Shown piece by piece: positions 1-11,213 of a stretch of DNA of 64,000 nt. The position numbers were made by a program, and so were the translations under genes. This DNA is from Neodothiora populina (lineage: Eukaryota). The notes beneath the pieces are model-generated. The model searched no databases and was not told the DNA's origin. It saw only the letters and a program-made list of their open reading frames with translations. The stretch lies in contig NW_027191419.1 of assembly GCF_041146345.1 (NCBI RefSeq), positions 124,001 through 188,000 of the forward strand. The letters are read 5' to 3'. Every line of letters starts with the position of its first letter. Within the stretch, counting starts at the first letter, position 1.

Positions 1-531
1 TACCATGTCGGGCCCGACTGACGAACCCATCTCCGTTAGTCAGTTCGTTGAGCTATCCTTACTGCTGTAAGGTACAGTACTGTATGTCTTGCTCGGCCGG
101 TGACCATTATTGTACAGGCGGCCACCGGAGTTTCGGGTTTTAAGCATCAACGCTTGACAACGCTACTCCGTACTAAGTAAAAAGTCCGTCGGATACTCAA
201 ACACCCGGATCTCAGGGTTACTGCAAGTGATAAAGTATAGCCGTCTCCCAGAGAATTAATATGTTCACACACATAGCAGTCGCATCAAGGGGTTTCCTTT
301 GTTGAATTGTGTTGCCTTGACGCGGGTCATTTTTTATAGGCATCAAGATCTTTCTTTCCTTTCCTGAATATCCAGTTCAACTAAGCTAAGGTATCCTTCG
401 CCACCCCCACAATACTGACTGAGGTTCATTCGATCTTCGCCCGCCACGGCGCACATACTGTACACGACCTGTGCGTGTCCTGGATCTCGAGCGCCCCGCA
501 TTTCGCCCATCCCACTTTTGATTAATCAACA

Positions 532-3500
532 ATGGGCATCATGCCCGGTCATCGCACCCAGTCGTCTACTGGCTCTTCTAGCACAGAGGAACCAGAAGTA
601 GCAAAACTGTCAGTGACTGACAATGAGAAAACACAACTCGGCCAGGCATCGTTGGTGCCTGGAATGGCACCAGCGCCAGTGGTACCACTAGTGAACGAGG
701 GTATGAAGAAGAAAACCAAGAAGAGCAAGAAAGCAAAAAAGGGTGAGAAGCAAGATGACGAGGAGAAGAAAGAAGATCCCTACGCACACCTGCCCGAGCA
801 TGAGAAGGCAGTCATCAAGAGACAACTAGACGTTCCGCCGGTATCAGTAAACTATCTCTCGTTATACCGCTATGCGACTCGAAATGATATGTACATCATG
901 GCCGCTGCGTCCTTTGGCTCAGTCGTCGGTGGTGCTCTGCTGCCGCTGATGACTGTCGTTTTCGGCGGATTGACGACCACGTTTACGCAGTATTTCCAAG
1001 GAGGTGTCACGGAAGCTCACTTCAATCATGAATTGAGCCGATATGCTCTTTACTTCGTCTACCTCGCCATTGGAGAGTTCGTCTTCATTTACATGGCGAC
1101 AGCAGGCTTCCTATACACAGGAGAACACATCGCGGGCAAGATCCGTGAGGAGTTTCTTGCTGCCATCTTACGCCAGAACATTGCTTTCTTCGATCAGCTG
1201 GGCGCTGGCGAGATTACCACCAGAATCACCGCAGACACAAATCTTATTCAGGACGGTATTTCCGAGAAGGTCGGTCTGACAATGACCGCTCTTGCCACAT
1301 TCGTAACCGCCTTCATTATCAGTTTCATTAAGTACTGGAAGCTCACTTTGATCCTTACATCCACCATTTTTGCCATTGTCATCACTATGGGCTCGATGGG
1401 TGGATTCATCGTCAAATACAACAAGGCTTCACTCGCAGCATACGCTGAGGGTGGCACCGTTGCCGAAGAAGTCATCAGCTCCATCAGAAATGCGACCGCT
1501 TTTGGTACTCAGGAAAAACTCGCTCGTCAGTATGACTTGCATCTCGCAAAAGCTGAGAAATCTGGACGCATGATGAAAATCCTCGTTGGATCCATGATTG
1601 GCTTCCTGATGTGCTACGTTTTCTTGAACTACTCTCTCGCTTTCTGGATGGGTTCTCGATATCTCGTGGACGGAGTTGTCAACGTGGGCGATGTCATTAC
1701 TATCATGATGTCTATCATGATTGGTGCCTTCTCTCTTGGTAACGTTGCGCCCAACATACAAGCATTCACTACCGGTGTCGCCGCAGCCATCAAGATCTAT
1801 GCCACAATCGATCGTGTCTCCCCTCTCGATCCTAAATCCGAGGAGGGAGAGGTTCTGAAGGATGTTGACGGTACCGTGGAATTGCGCAACATTCGTCACA
1901 TCTACCCCTCTCGCCCTGAGGTCGTCGTCATGGAAGACGTCAGCCTTCTCATTCCCGCCGGAAAGACCACCGCCTTGGTTGGTGCTTCTGGTTCTGGTAA
2001 GAGCACCATCGTCGGTCTGGTTGAACGCTTTTACGATCCGGTCGGCGGAACTGTCTTCCTGGACGGCCACGATGTTTCAACTCTCAACCTCCGTTGGCTT
2101 CGCCAGAACGTTTCTCTTGTCAGCCAAGAACCTACACTTTTTGCTACCACAATTTACGGTAATATTCGACACGGATTGATCGGCACTGTCCACGAGTCCA
2201 AACCCGAGGAGGAAATCCGAGCGCTTATAGAGGATGCAGCAATGCAGGCCAACGCGCATGACTTTATCTCAGGTCTCCCAGAAGGCTATGAGACTAACGT
2301 TGGCGAAAGGGGCTTCCTGCTGTCTGGTGGTCAAAAACAACGTATCGCTATCGCGCGAGCCATGGTCAGCGATCCAAAGATTCTACTGTTGGACGAAGCA
2401 ACGTCTGCGCTGGATACCAAGAGTGAGGGAGTTGTCCAAGCAGCTCTCGACAAAGCTGCTCAGGGAAGAACTACAATTGTCATCGCTCATCGTCTTTCTA
2501 CCATCAAGGATGCCGACAATATCGTTGTGATGAGTCAAGGACGCATCGTCGAACAAGGCACACACAATGAACTGATAGAAAAGAAAGATGCTTATTACAA
2601 CTTGGTCGAGGCTCAGCGCATCGCTGCTGAGACCGAAAACAAAGACGAAAAGGACATTCCAATCCTCGAGGAGAAAGACGCGAATCTGCTGGAGAGGGTC
2701 CCAACCAGCCGAAGTGGCAAGGAATTTGAAGAAGACCCTGCCGACCTCAAGCTCGGACGGACACAAACTGGCAAGTCTGTGTCAAGTATGGCCCTCCAGA
2801 ACAAAAAGTCGGAGGAAAACCACAGATACTCCCTCTTCACATTGATCAGACTTGTTGCCAGCTTCAACAAACCTGACTGGATCTATATGTGCATTGGACT
2901 CTTGTTCTCAATTCTAGCTGGCGGAGGAAACCCAACATCAGCTGTCTTTTTCGCAAAGTCCGTCACTGCTTTGTCTCTCCCTCCGAGTCAATACGGTGAG
3001 CTTCGACATCAAGCCAATTTCTGGGCGTGGATGTACTTCATGCTGGCCATTGTTCAACTCCTGAGCTTCCTAATTCATGGCGCGGCATTCGCGATTTGCT
3101 CAGAGAAACTCGTCCACAAGGCTCGTCTGCAGGCATTCCGCTACATGCTACGACAAGATATCGCATACTTTGACAAGGAAGAAAACACAGCCGGTGCGCT
3201 GACTTCATTCCTCTCCACCGAAACCACTCACCTAGCCGGCATGTCTGGTGTCACACTAGGCACGATTCTGACTGTTCTGACGACCTTGATCGCTGGATTC
3301 GTTGTTTCTTTGGCAGTCGGCTGGAAGCTAGCACTAGTGTGTATCTCTACTGTCCCAATCGTGCTAGCATGTGGCTTTCTCCGGTTCTGGCTGCTGGCTC
3401 GTTTCCAATCAGTGTCGAAAAAGGCATATGAGAAGTCGGCAAGTTATGCATGTGAAGCTACCTCGGCCATCCGTACGGTCGCTTCCTTGACCAGAGAGGA

Positions 3501-4602
3501 CGATGTCCACCAAAACTATCGCGAACAACTCGCCGGTCAGCAAAAAACGTCATTGGCCTCTATTCTCAGGTCATCCTTACTTTATGCGGCGTCTCAGTCA
3601 TTCATGTTCCTTTGCATGGCTTTGGGATTCTGGTACGGAGGAACTCTTCTTGGTAGCAGGGAGTACAATGTCTTCCAATTCTTTCTGTGTTTCATGGCCG
3701 TTGTGTTTGGAGCTCAATCTGCAGGCACAATTTTTTCGTTTGCCCCTGACATGGGCAAAGCTAAGCACGCAGCGCACGAACTCAAGACGTTATTCGACCG
3801 TCAACCTACAATTGACAACTGGAGTCAGGATGGAGAGAAGCTGTCCCATGTGGATGGTCATATTGAGTTCCGAGACGTCCATTTCAGATATCCAACTAGA
3901 CCCGAGCAACCTGTCCTTCGCGGGCTCAATTTGACCGTCAAGCCTGGCCAATACGTTGCGTTGGTTGGTGCGAGTGGGTGCGGCAAATCTACTACGATTG
4001 CACTGCTCGAGAGGTTCTATGATCCTCTGGTTGGCGGCGTTTACCTTGACGGCAGAGAAGTTTCGTCGCTGAATATTGCCGACTATCGTTCTCACATCGC
4101 TCTGGTCAGTCAGGAACCTACCTTGTATCAAGGTACCGTCCGCGAGAACATTCTTCTCGGCGCCGATCGTGGCGATGTTCCCGAAGAGGAAGTTATCAAG
4201 GCTTGCAAAGATGCAAACATCTACGACTTTGTGATGTCCTTGCCTGATGCCATGAATACTGTCGTTGGAAGCAAGGGCAGCATGCTGTCTGGAGGTCAGA
4301 AGCAGCGTATCGCCATTGCCCGGGCACTTCTTCGTCAACCCAAGGTCTTGCTTCTCGACGAGGCTACTTCGGCTCTCGACTCGGAGTCTGAGAAGGTTGT
4401 CCAAGCAGCGTTGGACAAGGCTGCCAAAGGACGTACAACTATTGCCGTAGCCCACAGACTGAGTACCATCCAGAAAGCTGACATGATTTACGTGTTTGAT
4501 GCCGGTAAGATTGTGGAAAACGGTACGCATAACGAGCTATTAGCCAGGAGGGGCAGATATTTCGAGCTGGTAAACCTCCAGAGCCTGGGCAGAACGCAAT
4601 AG
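532..4602 (+). CDS. MDR1: Full-length ABCB (MDR1/P-glycoprotein-type) multidrug ABC transporter, 1356 aa, single exon
   Basis: TMD-NBD-TMD-NBD layout. Walker A GASGSGKS and GASGCGKS, signature LSGGQKQRIAIARA twice, Walker B LLLDEATSALD twice, H-loop AHRLSTI twice. Confidence 0.96.
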   Translation: MGIMPGHRTQSSTGSSSTEEPEVAKLSVTDNEKTQLGQASLVPGMAPAPVVPLVNEGMKKKTKKSKKAKKGEKQDDEEKKEDPYAHLPEHEKAVIKRQLDVPPVSVNYLSLYRYATRNDMYIMAAASFGSVVGGALLPLMTVVFGGLTTTFTQYFQGGVTEAHFNHELSRYALYFVYLAIGEFVFIYMATAGFLYTGEHIAGKIREEFLAAILRQNIAFFDQLGAGEITTRITADTNLIQDGISEKVGLTMTALATFVTAFIISFIKYWKLTLILTSTIFAIVITMGSMGGFIVKYNKASLAAYAEGGTVAEEVISSIRNATAFGTQEKLARQYDLHLAKAEKSGRMMKILVGSMIGFLMCYVFLNYSLAFWMGSRYLVDGVVNVGDVITIMMSIMIGAFSLGNVAPNIQAFTTGVAAAIKIYATIDRVSPLDPKSEEGEVLKDVDGTVELRNIRHIYPSRPEVVVMEDVSLLIPAGKTTALVGASGSGKSTIVGLVERFYDPVGGTVFLDGHDVSTLNLRWLRQNVSLVSQEPTLFATTIYGNIRHGLIGTVHESKPEEEIRALIEDAAMQANAHDFISGLPEGYETNVGERGFLLSGGQKQRIAIARAMVSDPKILLLDEATSALDTKSEGVVQAALDKAAQGRTTIVIAHRLSTIKDADNIVVMSQGRIVEQGTHNELIEKKDAYYNLVEAQRIAAETENKDEKDIPILEEKDANLLERVPTSRSGKEFEEDPADLKLGRTQTGKSVSSMALQNKKSEENHRYSLFTLIRLVASFNKPDWIYMCIGLLFSILAGGGNPTSAVFFAKSVTALSLPPSQYGELRHQANFWAWMYFMLAIVQLLSFLIHGAAFAICSEKLVHKARLQAFRYMLRQDIAYFDKEENTAGALTSFLSTETTHLAGMSGVTLGTILTVLTTLIAGFVVSLAVGWKLALVCISTVPIVLACGFLRFWLLARFQSVSKKAYEKSASYACEATSAIRTVASLTREDDVHQNYREQLAGQQKTSLASILRSSLLYAASQSFMFLCMALGFWYGGTLLGSREYNVFQFFLCFMAVVFGAQSAGTIFSFAPDMGKAKHAAHELKTLFDRQPTIDNWSQDGEKLSHVDGHIEFRDVHFRYPTRPEQPVLRGLNLTVKPGQYVALVGASGCGKSTTIALLERFYDPLVGGVYLDGREVSSLNIADYRSHIALVSQEPTLYQGTVRENILLGADRGDVPEEEVIKACKDANIYDFVMSLPDAMNTVVGSKGSMLSGGQKQRIAIARALLRQPKVLLLDEATSALDSESEKVVQAALDKAAKGRTTIAVAHRLSTIQKADMIYVFDAGKIVENGTHNELLARRGRYFELVNLQSLGRTQ

Positions 4603-5883
4603 ATTGCGTAGGTGGAATGTATCAGGGCTTGGTGGCATAACATGGGTCAACAGCGTGGCGTTTTGGAATCAGAGATATATCATTGTGCTCTCATCGAGCC
4701 TCCTCTACTCATCTATACATATATAAACTTGTACGTCAGTAGCACATCAAACTTGAATGCGAAAGATCGTGGCAACCATCGCAAAGCTTTCCAATTCGTG
4801 TCAGTTAGATATACGTGCTTTTTCTTCTACTGGATTTTCCATGCAGTCGTGATCAAGAACGCCATAAGACGCCAAATCTCGGTTGTTGCCAAAGTGCCAG
4901 GTTCCAAGAGCGATTGGCCGTTCAATCACCAGCCCGTTCGCTCTGGCTTACCATACATGTGACTTGAACAATTCCATCCCCGTCTTTTTGCGAAGAACCC
5001 ATATTTATGCGCTTAGCCAGGCATAAGATGTCGATGCGATATGCAAATCTCGATACTGTGCTGAAACACGTCAAGCCGGCCGTTTTGTGGCCGCTTATGC
5101 TCCTGTGCTCGCCGAATGGCCTCTTGTGCAATAACTCCGACTTCCATTGGTGGCTTGCTTGGACGTCCACGCTTCTGCCTTGTAAGAAGGGCCTATCTTG
5201 CACTTGGATGCATCATCAAGATCATTTCAATGGTCAACTTTCTGCGCATCTGTGTCAGCCAAGCTGATTACAGTACTGATGGTGAGGATGCTGCACATGT
5301 AAGTGAGCAATGAGGTGGACGTCCAGCTGTGCGTCATGAAGCGATCGTCCGACACTCCATCAACCTTAGTCCCTAACCCTCCCTCGGTTGATACTTTTTA
5401 TCACCACAGTAAGTAAACCATTTATTTGAGATCTTCACTCGCCGTATTTCATCTATATCGTCGCTAAGCCTCGCAACAGCTTTCGAAGCCCAATGCAGTG
5501 ACGGTTCGCGTGGTCGACCGTTTGAGATGTCTCTGATGTCAACCAACGGTGTTGGCCAGAGCCCTTCTGGACTCTATGGCTCTACTTCCAGCCTACGAGA
5601 GAACGGTCTCTACACATGCTAGATCAGTAAAATGTCTACGATGATGTGAACCACTACTAGCATTTCTGTATGGGTCGTAGATCGGCAGGACCTACTTTCC
5701 ATTGTGGACTCTTCATCCTCATACACTCCAGGATGGTATCCATCAGTAATCTTGCTTCATCTTTTCTTCGTTGAATATCCTGCAAAGTGGTCGACACCAG
5801 AATCTAGTGGTGGAGTGTAAGACGGACGACAAGTGCACGCTCTCTAGGCTGATCGCCACATCCTACGCCACAAACTCCACATC

Positions 5884-7669
5884 ATGCCCGCACTCATACC
5901 GCCTTCACTGGCCAGGAAGAAGCCATTTATAAAACTCCTTGATGATACGACCGCCTATCTGCTCGAAGTCCGAGCATTGGACCATAACCACCACTACTCA
6001 GACAAGCCTGTGCCACAATGGAAGCGCTTGCGCACACGTCCACGGCTGATATTCAGTTTTCTAACCATCTTGCCACTTTTACTAATCACAGTATTATTCT
6101 GTGAGTCGTCACATTTCTTATCGTATCATCTCTGTTTGCAAAGTTACAAACTAACAGTACAACAAATAGTTCGTCGATGTCGACGACTGACGTTCAATTC
6201 TATACGACACATGACGTACATACGACTACTGGTGCTGTCTGCCTACATTATCGCGATTGCATTCAGTATATCATCGATATCTATGGTGTTCGCAGGAGTC
6301 AGCACACTGGATCGATGCCGAAATAGCGTGTACGCTTGCATGGCTTTCCTCTTTGCAGGAAAGCTAGCCATGCAACTTTTTCTCATCGAGCGTGCTCATA
6401 TTGCCAACATCCATTGTCCTCGCCGCCGAGATGATCCTGTCTGGTGGATCAGCATGAGCTTCGTCTGCGTCTCTGTTGTCGCTTTGTCAGTCTGGACATG
6501 CCTCAATCCAGTGTATTACATGAACACCACCACTGGAAGATGCATGAAGGGTCTACCCCCTAACGTTGTTGCGCCTCTCCAAGCCTACGAAGTTGCAGTC
6601 AATCTGGCTTTGACAGCAGTTTTCATACGAATCTTGCAAAAGAGCAAGCAGCGATCAGCCCTCAGTGGTCGAAGAGAAAGCATCTGCAACGTACGCGCCA
6701 AAATCGAATCTGTGGTCGGGAAATTCAAGACTTCGATCACCAAAGCGAAGACGACAAGCGAATCAGTCGTGCAAGTAACGAAGCCACCTTCGTCTTCGGA
6801 GCCTGGCTTCCCCCGTAGCTCATCATCACCCGCGCCAGACGAGATCACCGAGACAAAGAAGGACTTGGACGTCGAGGCTGTGGCGATTACCCTTCCTGCA
6901 AGTACGCGAGGAAAGAACAAGTTGCGCAACCTAGCCGGCAAGAGTCTCATGGGCACATTGGCCATCCTGGCGTGGAGCATCACGAACAACGTCATCTTCT
7001 ACGTGACTAAAGGACACGAAGTCGCGTGGCTGTGTTTTGTGCAATGCAATATCGATTGTAAGACCTGTCTTCCACAACTTATCTCAGAGACAAGTACTGA
7101 TTGTTCGAACAGTCACTTTATCAGTGATAGTCCTCCACTGGCTGACCTCCGATACCAAAACCACCGACTTCGGCTCCGCCATCACCGAGATGCCCTCTGC
7201 AGCAGCACGTACTCTTGCGCCCAAAAGACGAGACACAATGATCACTGCCTCCGAAGACGATGACGATGACGATGAGGCGGACCTCGACTCGGAAACTACA
7301 ACAGAAGACGAAGAAATCGAAGAGATAACCAACAATTGCAAGCAAGACGAACATGCACGAAAACCAAGTTCGACCCAAGGTTCCTGGCGCAAATACTCGA
7401 TCCTCTCGATAGCCACTCCCGCCGCCGCAGCCGGTACCGCCGCCGCAGCAGCTGCAAAAGCACTCTGGATCCGTAGGGCATCGTCGGTCGCTCTGCCACC
7501 CGGCATCAAGTTCTTCACTGCCCCTTTCGCCGCTTCTGGCAGTAGTGGTGACGCCAGGCCTGGACCCAACGTCGATGGCGATGCAGATACAGAAGACTAT
7601 CATAGCAGGAGGTCGTACTCGACGACGATTTCGAGATCAAGTAGTGTTTCCACGTCTTCTACTACTTGA
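5884..7669 (+). CDS. Multi-pass membrane protein of a fungal GPCR-like (7TM) family with acidic/Ser-rich C-tail
   Basis: About 7 hydrophobic segments; LFLIERAHI, RRRDDPVW and EVAWLCFVQCNID segments. Predicted introns 6101-6169 (GTGAGT..CTAAC..TAG) and 7058-7112 (GTAAGA..CTGAT..CAG) join ORF 5884 to the frame of ORF 7037..7669. Family call is from recall only. Confidence 0.65.
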
Positions 7670-8505
7670 GTGAGCGACAGTGGAAGACCGACGAGGCGGC
7701 TCAGGACTCGCGTTTGATAGATGGAAAGGGGCAGGCACCCTGAGAATCACTGCGCGCGCGTCCGGTACATGCTTGCTTGCTTCCTACAAGCCGCATGGAG
7801 GAACCAAACCGCAAAACGGCTTCTTTGACTACCGAGATAAGATGAGATGAGATTGATATACCCCAAGAAGGACTAGATGAATGGAATACATAATGTTTTT
7901 TTTGTTACCTTTCACTACTCGCTGTCAATACTTGCATGTACTATGAAAGCTATACCTATCCACTTACAAAAGTAACACTCTTGACGAGCTGGATGGCGAG
8001 GACTGGTACGCATCTTCGGCTGTACATATACATATACATATACGCACAAGACCTTCGAGTCAAGCTGCAAAGTCAAAGTCGGTATACCATCCATATATAC
8101 GACGCATAGTCTCGCGGACGGTGACATTGCGTACTGCACTGTGCCTCGGGCTGTGCGTTCATACCTTTCACTTACGTGGAGAAACATTTCATGGAGAGAA
8201 GACATAGACCAACAAGGCAGATAGATCATTTAATTACATATCTAAGTTACGAGCTTCTTGTTTCTTGTTTCTTTTTTTCGTCTTCATACTCATTCATTAC
8301 ACGTACGTAGTTCGTGGTCTGGCTATTCTGTCTGTCTGTGCTCATCAGACTCTTTAGATGACAGGGCGAGCAGGTTTCCCTTCCCTCTCTGTTTGTCCCT
8401 CTTCTTCTTGTTTTCTCTCATGTCTGGCCATTCGCTCTCATCCAGGATCCATGACACCCAGTCCATCAACGCGCCCCTCAAGTCCTCAGATGCAAGCGCC
8501 CTCCA

Positions 8506-10008
8506 TTAAGCCTTGCCCTGCGAAGCACCAGCGACCTCAGTCACAGCGCCCTTCCCAGCATTCTTCCTCACGACTCTGAAACCGCCCGCGAGCAGCACGA
8601 GGGCCTCGAGACCCAGAATAACGGCCAGTGTGACCATAGCGCCGATGACGCCGTTGACAGCCGGACTGAGTCCGTTGCCTTTCTCGCTGCTGCTGGCCGT
8701 GCTGCTGCCCGAAGAAGGCGCGGACGACGACGAAGAAGCATAGGCGGCGCATGTCCCCGTGCTGTTCTGACACACGGTGCACCACTGCTCCGTGGACCCG
8801 ACGGCGAACTTGTTCATTTCAGACACGAAGTCCGTCCAGGGAACGAGCGGATCCGTGCGGCCGAACAGAGGGTAAGTCTGGGGCTCCGAGTCGGCGGACG
8901 CGGTTCCGTTGTGGAAGATAAAGCGCACGCTGAGTTCGTCTGCCGAGGGTGCGGCGGTCGAGGCATTGGTGACGAGTTCGAAAGCCATCGAGGATGCGTA
9001 GTCTGCGATTCCGTAGAAATCGGGGTTCGCGGCCGTCAGGTTCGCGAGGCCGAAGAAGGAGGCGAACGAGGCGTAGGCGCCGAATTGGATGCCCATTTTG
9101 CTGGCTTTGGAGGGGTTTGTGGCGGTTGTGTTCAGGAATTGGACCACTTGGGCGGCGAGCGTCATGCCTGCTATCGCGCGCGTGTTGTCGCTGCTGTTGT
9201 AGGCTAGATTCCACTCGTGCGTGTTGGCTAGAGTCAGCAGCTGGTGGAAGCTGTCGTTGGTGATCAGAGATGCGGATTGGATCGAGGCGTTGTTGATTTC
9301 GGCGACGTTGATCAGATCGTAGACTAGTTGTGGATCGTGTTAGTGTTGTTGCCTGTGTGTTATAGCTCCCTTTGGGCAGAACTCACTCAAGTAGGCATTC
9401 TTGTACGACATCTGGCTCTCGTTGAACGTGCGGTTCACTACGGGAGTAATGCTGTCGTAAAACTCCTGTGTGCTGCTGAGCAACTCGTTGTACTCGGTAC
9501 TATAGAAGTAGTTGTTCGAGCTCGTGACGGCGGCATTGCAACCGCTGGCAGACTGCAGCCACCCATTGTCTTCACTGCCGGTGCCGCTGGTGACAAGAGA
9601 CAGAGGAATCAGTTGGTAGCCATTGAGGGGAGTCGTGACATTGGTGCCATTGCGCAGAGTCTGAGTAGCGAGAGTGTTTCCAACCGGAGGGTAGAGGCCC
9701 TGCAAGAAACCGGTCGCTGAGTTCTGCAGGACGGTGTCGGCAGGTGCGGAAACGGAAATCTGAGACTGCTTGACAATGTCTGTGTTCATGCCCTGGATCT
9801 TGCTGGTGGCGTCCGCGGCGATGTAGCGGCTACGATAGTAGTCTCCCGAAGTATGGACCTCGTAGTAGCCCAGATCGGTCAGGTTGGCCGGAGGTGTCGA
9901 CTTGGATGTACGGTCACCGTGACGGTGGAACATGTACACGCCGAGCACAGTCTCGGCCGTGACTGCAGAGGACAGCAGGGAGAGAGGAACGAGGGCCTTG
10001 GCCAACAT
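8506..10008 (-). CDS. Histidine (acid) phosphatase family protein with signal peptide and C-terminal TM anchor
   Basis: Signal-like start MLAKALVPLSLLSSAVTA; catalytic FHRHGDRT motif; intron 9324-9386 (GTGAGT..CTAAC..TAG); Ser-rich stalk followed by TM helix VNGVIGAMVTLAVILGLEALVLL. Confidence 0.88.
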
Positions 10009-11213
10009 CTTGACAGGTCTTTGGAGTGAGGCAAAGGCACAAACAGAGAAGACGCAAGAGAAGAAAAGAGGCAAGAGGAAAGACGAGATAATATATGGGA
10101 GCTACTTATCTTCCCACCAGCCGAAGCTTACCTTACTCTGCCTAAACTCTCGTTAAAGCCGTTCACGTAGTATAGTACCTGCTAGTGAGGTACTGTACAG
10201 TCCCACGAGCAAGTACAATGCACGGTACAGTGACTGCCCAACAAGCATCGAGCTAGCAGCGTAGTAGGCAAAAGAAAGTGCTAGGGCGTGTCGCCTCCAG
10301 TGCCTATTTTCACGGCGGGCGCATTTGTTTTCTGGTCTTCGCATGTGCAACCATCTTTCTCCGCGGTTGGGCGCCAGCTAAGAAAGAAGTCCGGCGAGCG
10401 GGAGTTTATTCGGCGGAAAAACTGAGTAGCGAACAAGCGTCGGCAAGCTTCTTTCCCAAGCTTGTGGACACAGAACCCAGGGAGAGGAGACAGACCACGG
10501 CAAGAGCAGTCGAGATCAGGCTAGCTCACGAGTGTCAAGGTGAGGCGATCAGTATGCCGGAACCCATGGAAGCTCTAATTACTGGAAGTGGGGGTTAGAG
10601 GGGAAAGAGAGACGGGTGAGATGGCTATCTTATCCGCTGGCCGCTTGTTTGTCACGCTCCGGCGGGGAAGCTTGGGGGATATAATCCTTCCACATCGCTC
10701 AAGCTATTGATCGTTCATCGGAATGACGGATATTGGTCGAGCTTTGAGTTGGATAACGGATTCGACGGTACTCAAGTCAGATATACAGTAACTACCTACA
10801 TCTACTCACAGGAAGCACAGATAAGGGCAGAAACAATGATAGAGCAGTGCAGCTGCAGTCGGCTACAGCACAGTACCTCCAAGGGACATCCTCGACACGG
10901 CTGGCCTATACTTGAGTCAGTCATATATGCGACCCATCACTCCATCGAGTAAGGCGACACTGACATGTGGACAATCGTGCTTGCTAGCTCTGGAGTGAGA
11001 TACTCGGTAGCGAATCGCTCAACCATTTGTCTTATAGGCATTGTAGACACATGTAATGTGAGCTCTTGATGGTAAACAAGAGAACAAAGAAAGAAAAGGG
11101 TAGTGACAAGAAAACAAAGAGCGCGAAAATTATAATAGTCGTAAATGTAAGCATATAAGGGTATCTCTAGATGCATGATAAAACTCCATGCAAGAACGAA
11201 AACGTCGTATTCA

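Noticed and set aside
532..4602. Intronless MDR1 as evidence of retroposition or horizontal transfer
   Set aside because: Several other genes here are also intronless in their CDS; no poly-A remnant, target-site duplication or compositional shift.
5371..5380. Telomere-like CCCTAACCCT
   Set aside because: Fewer than two repeat units; chance occurrence.
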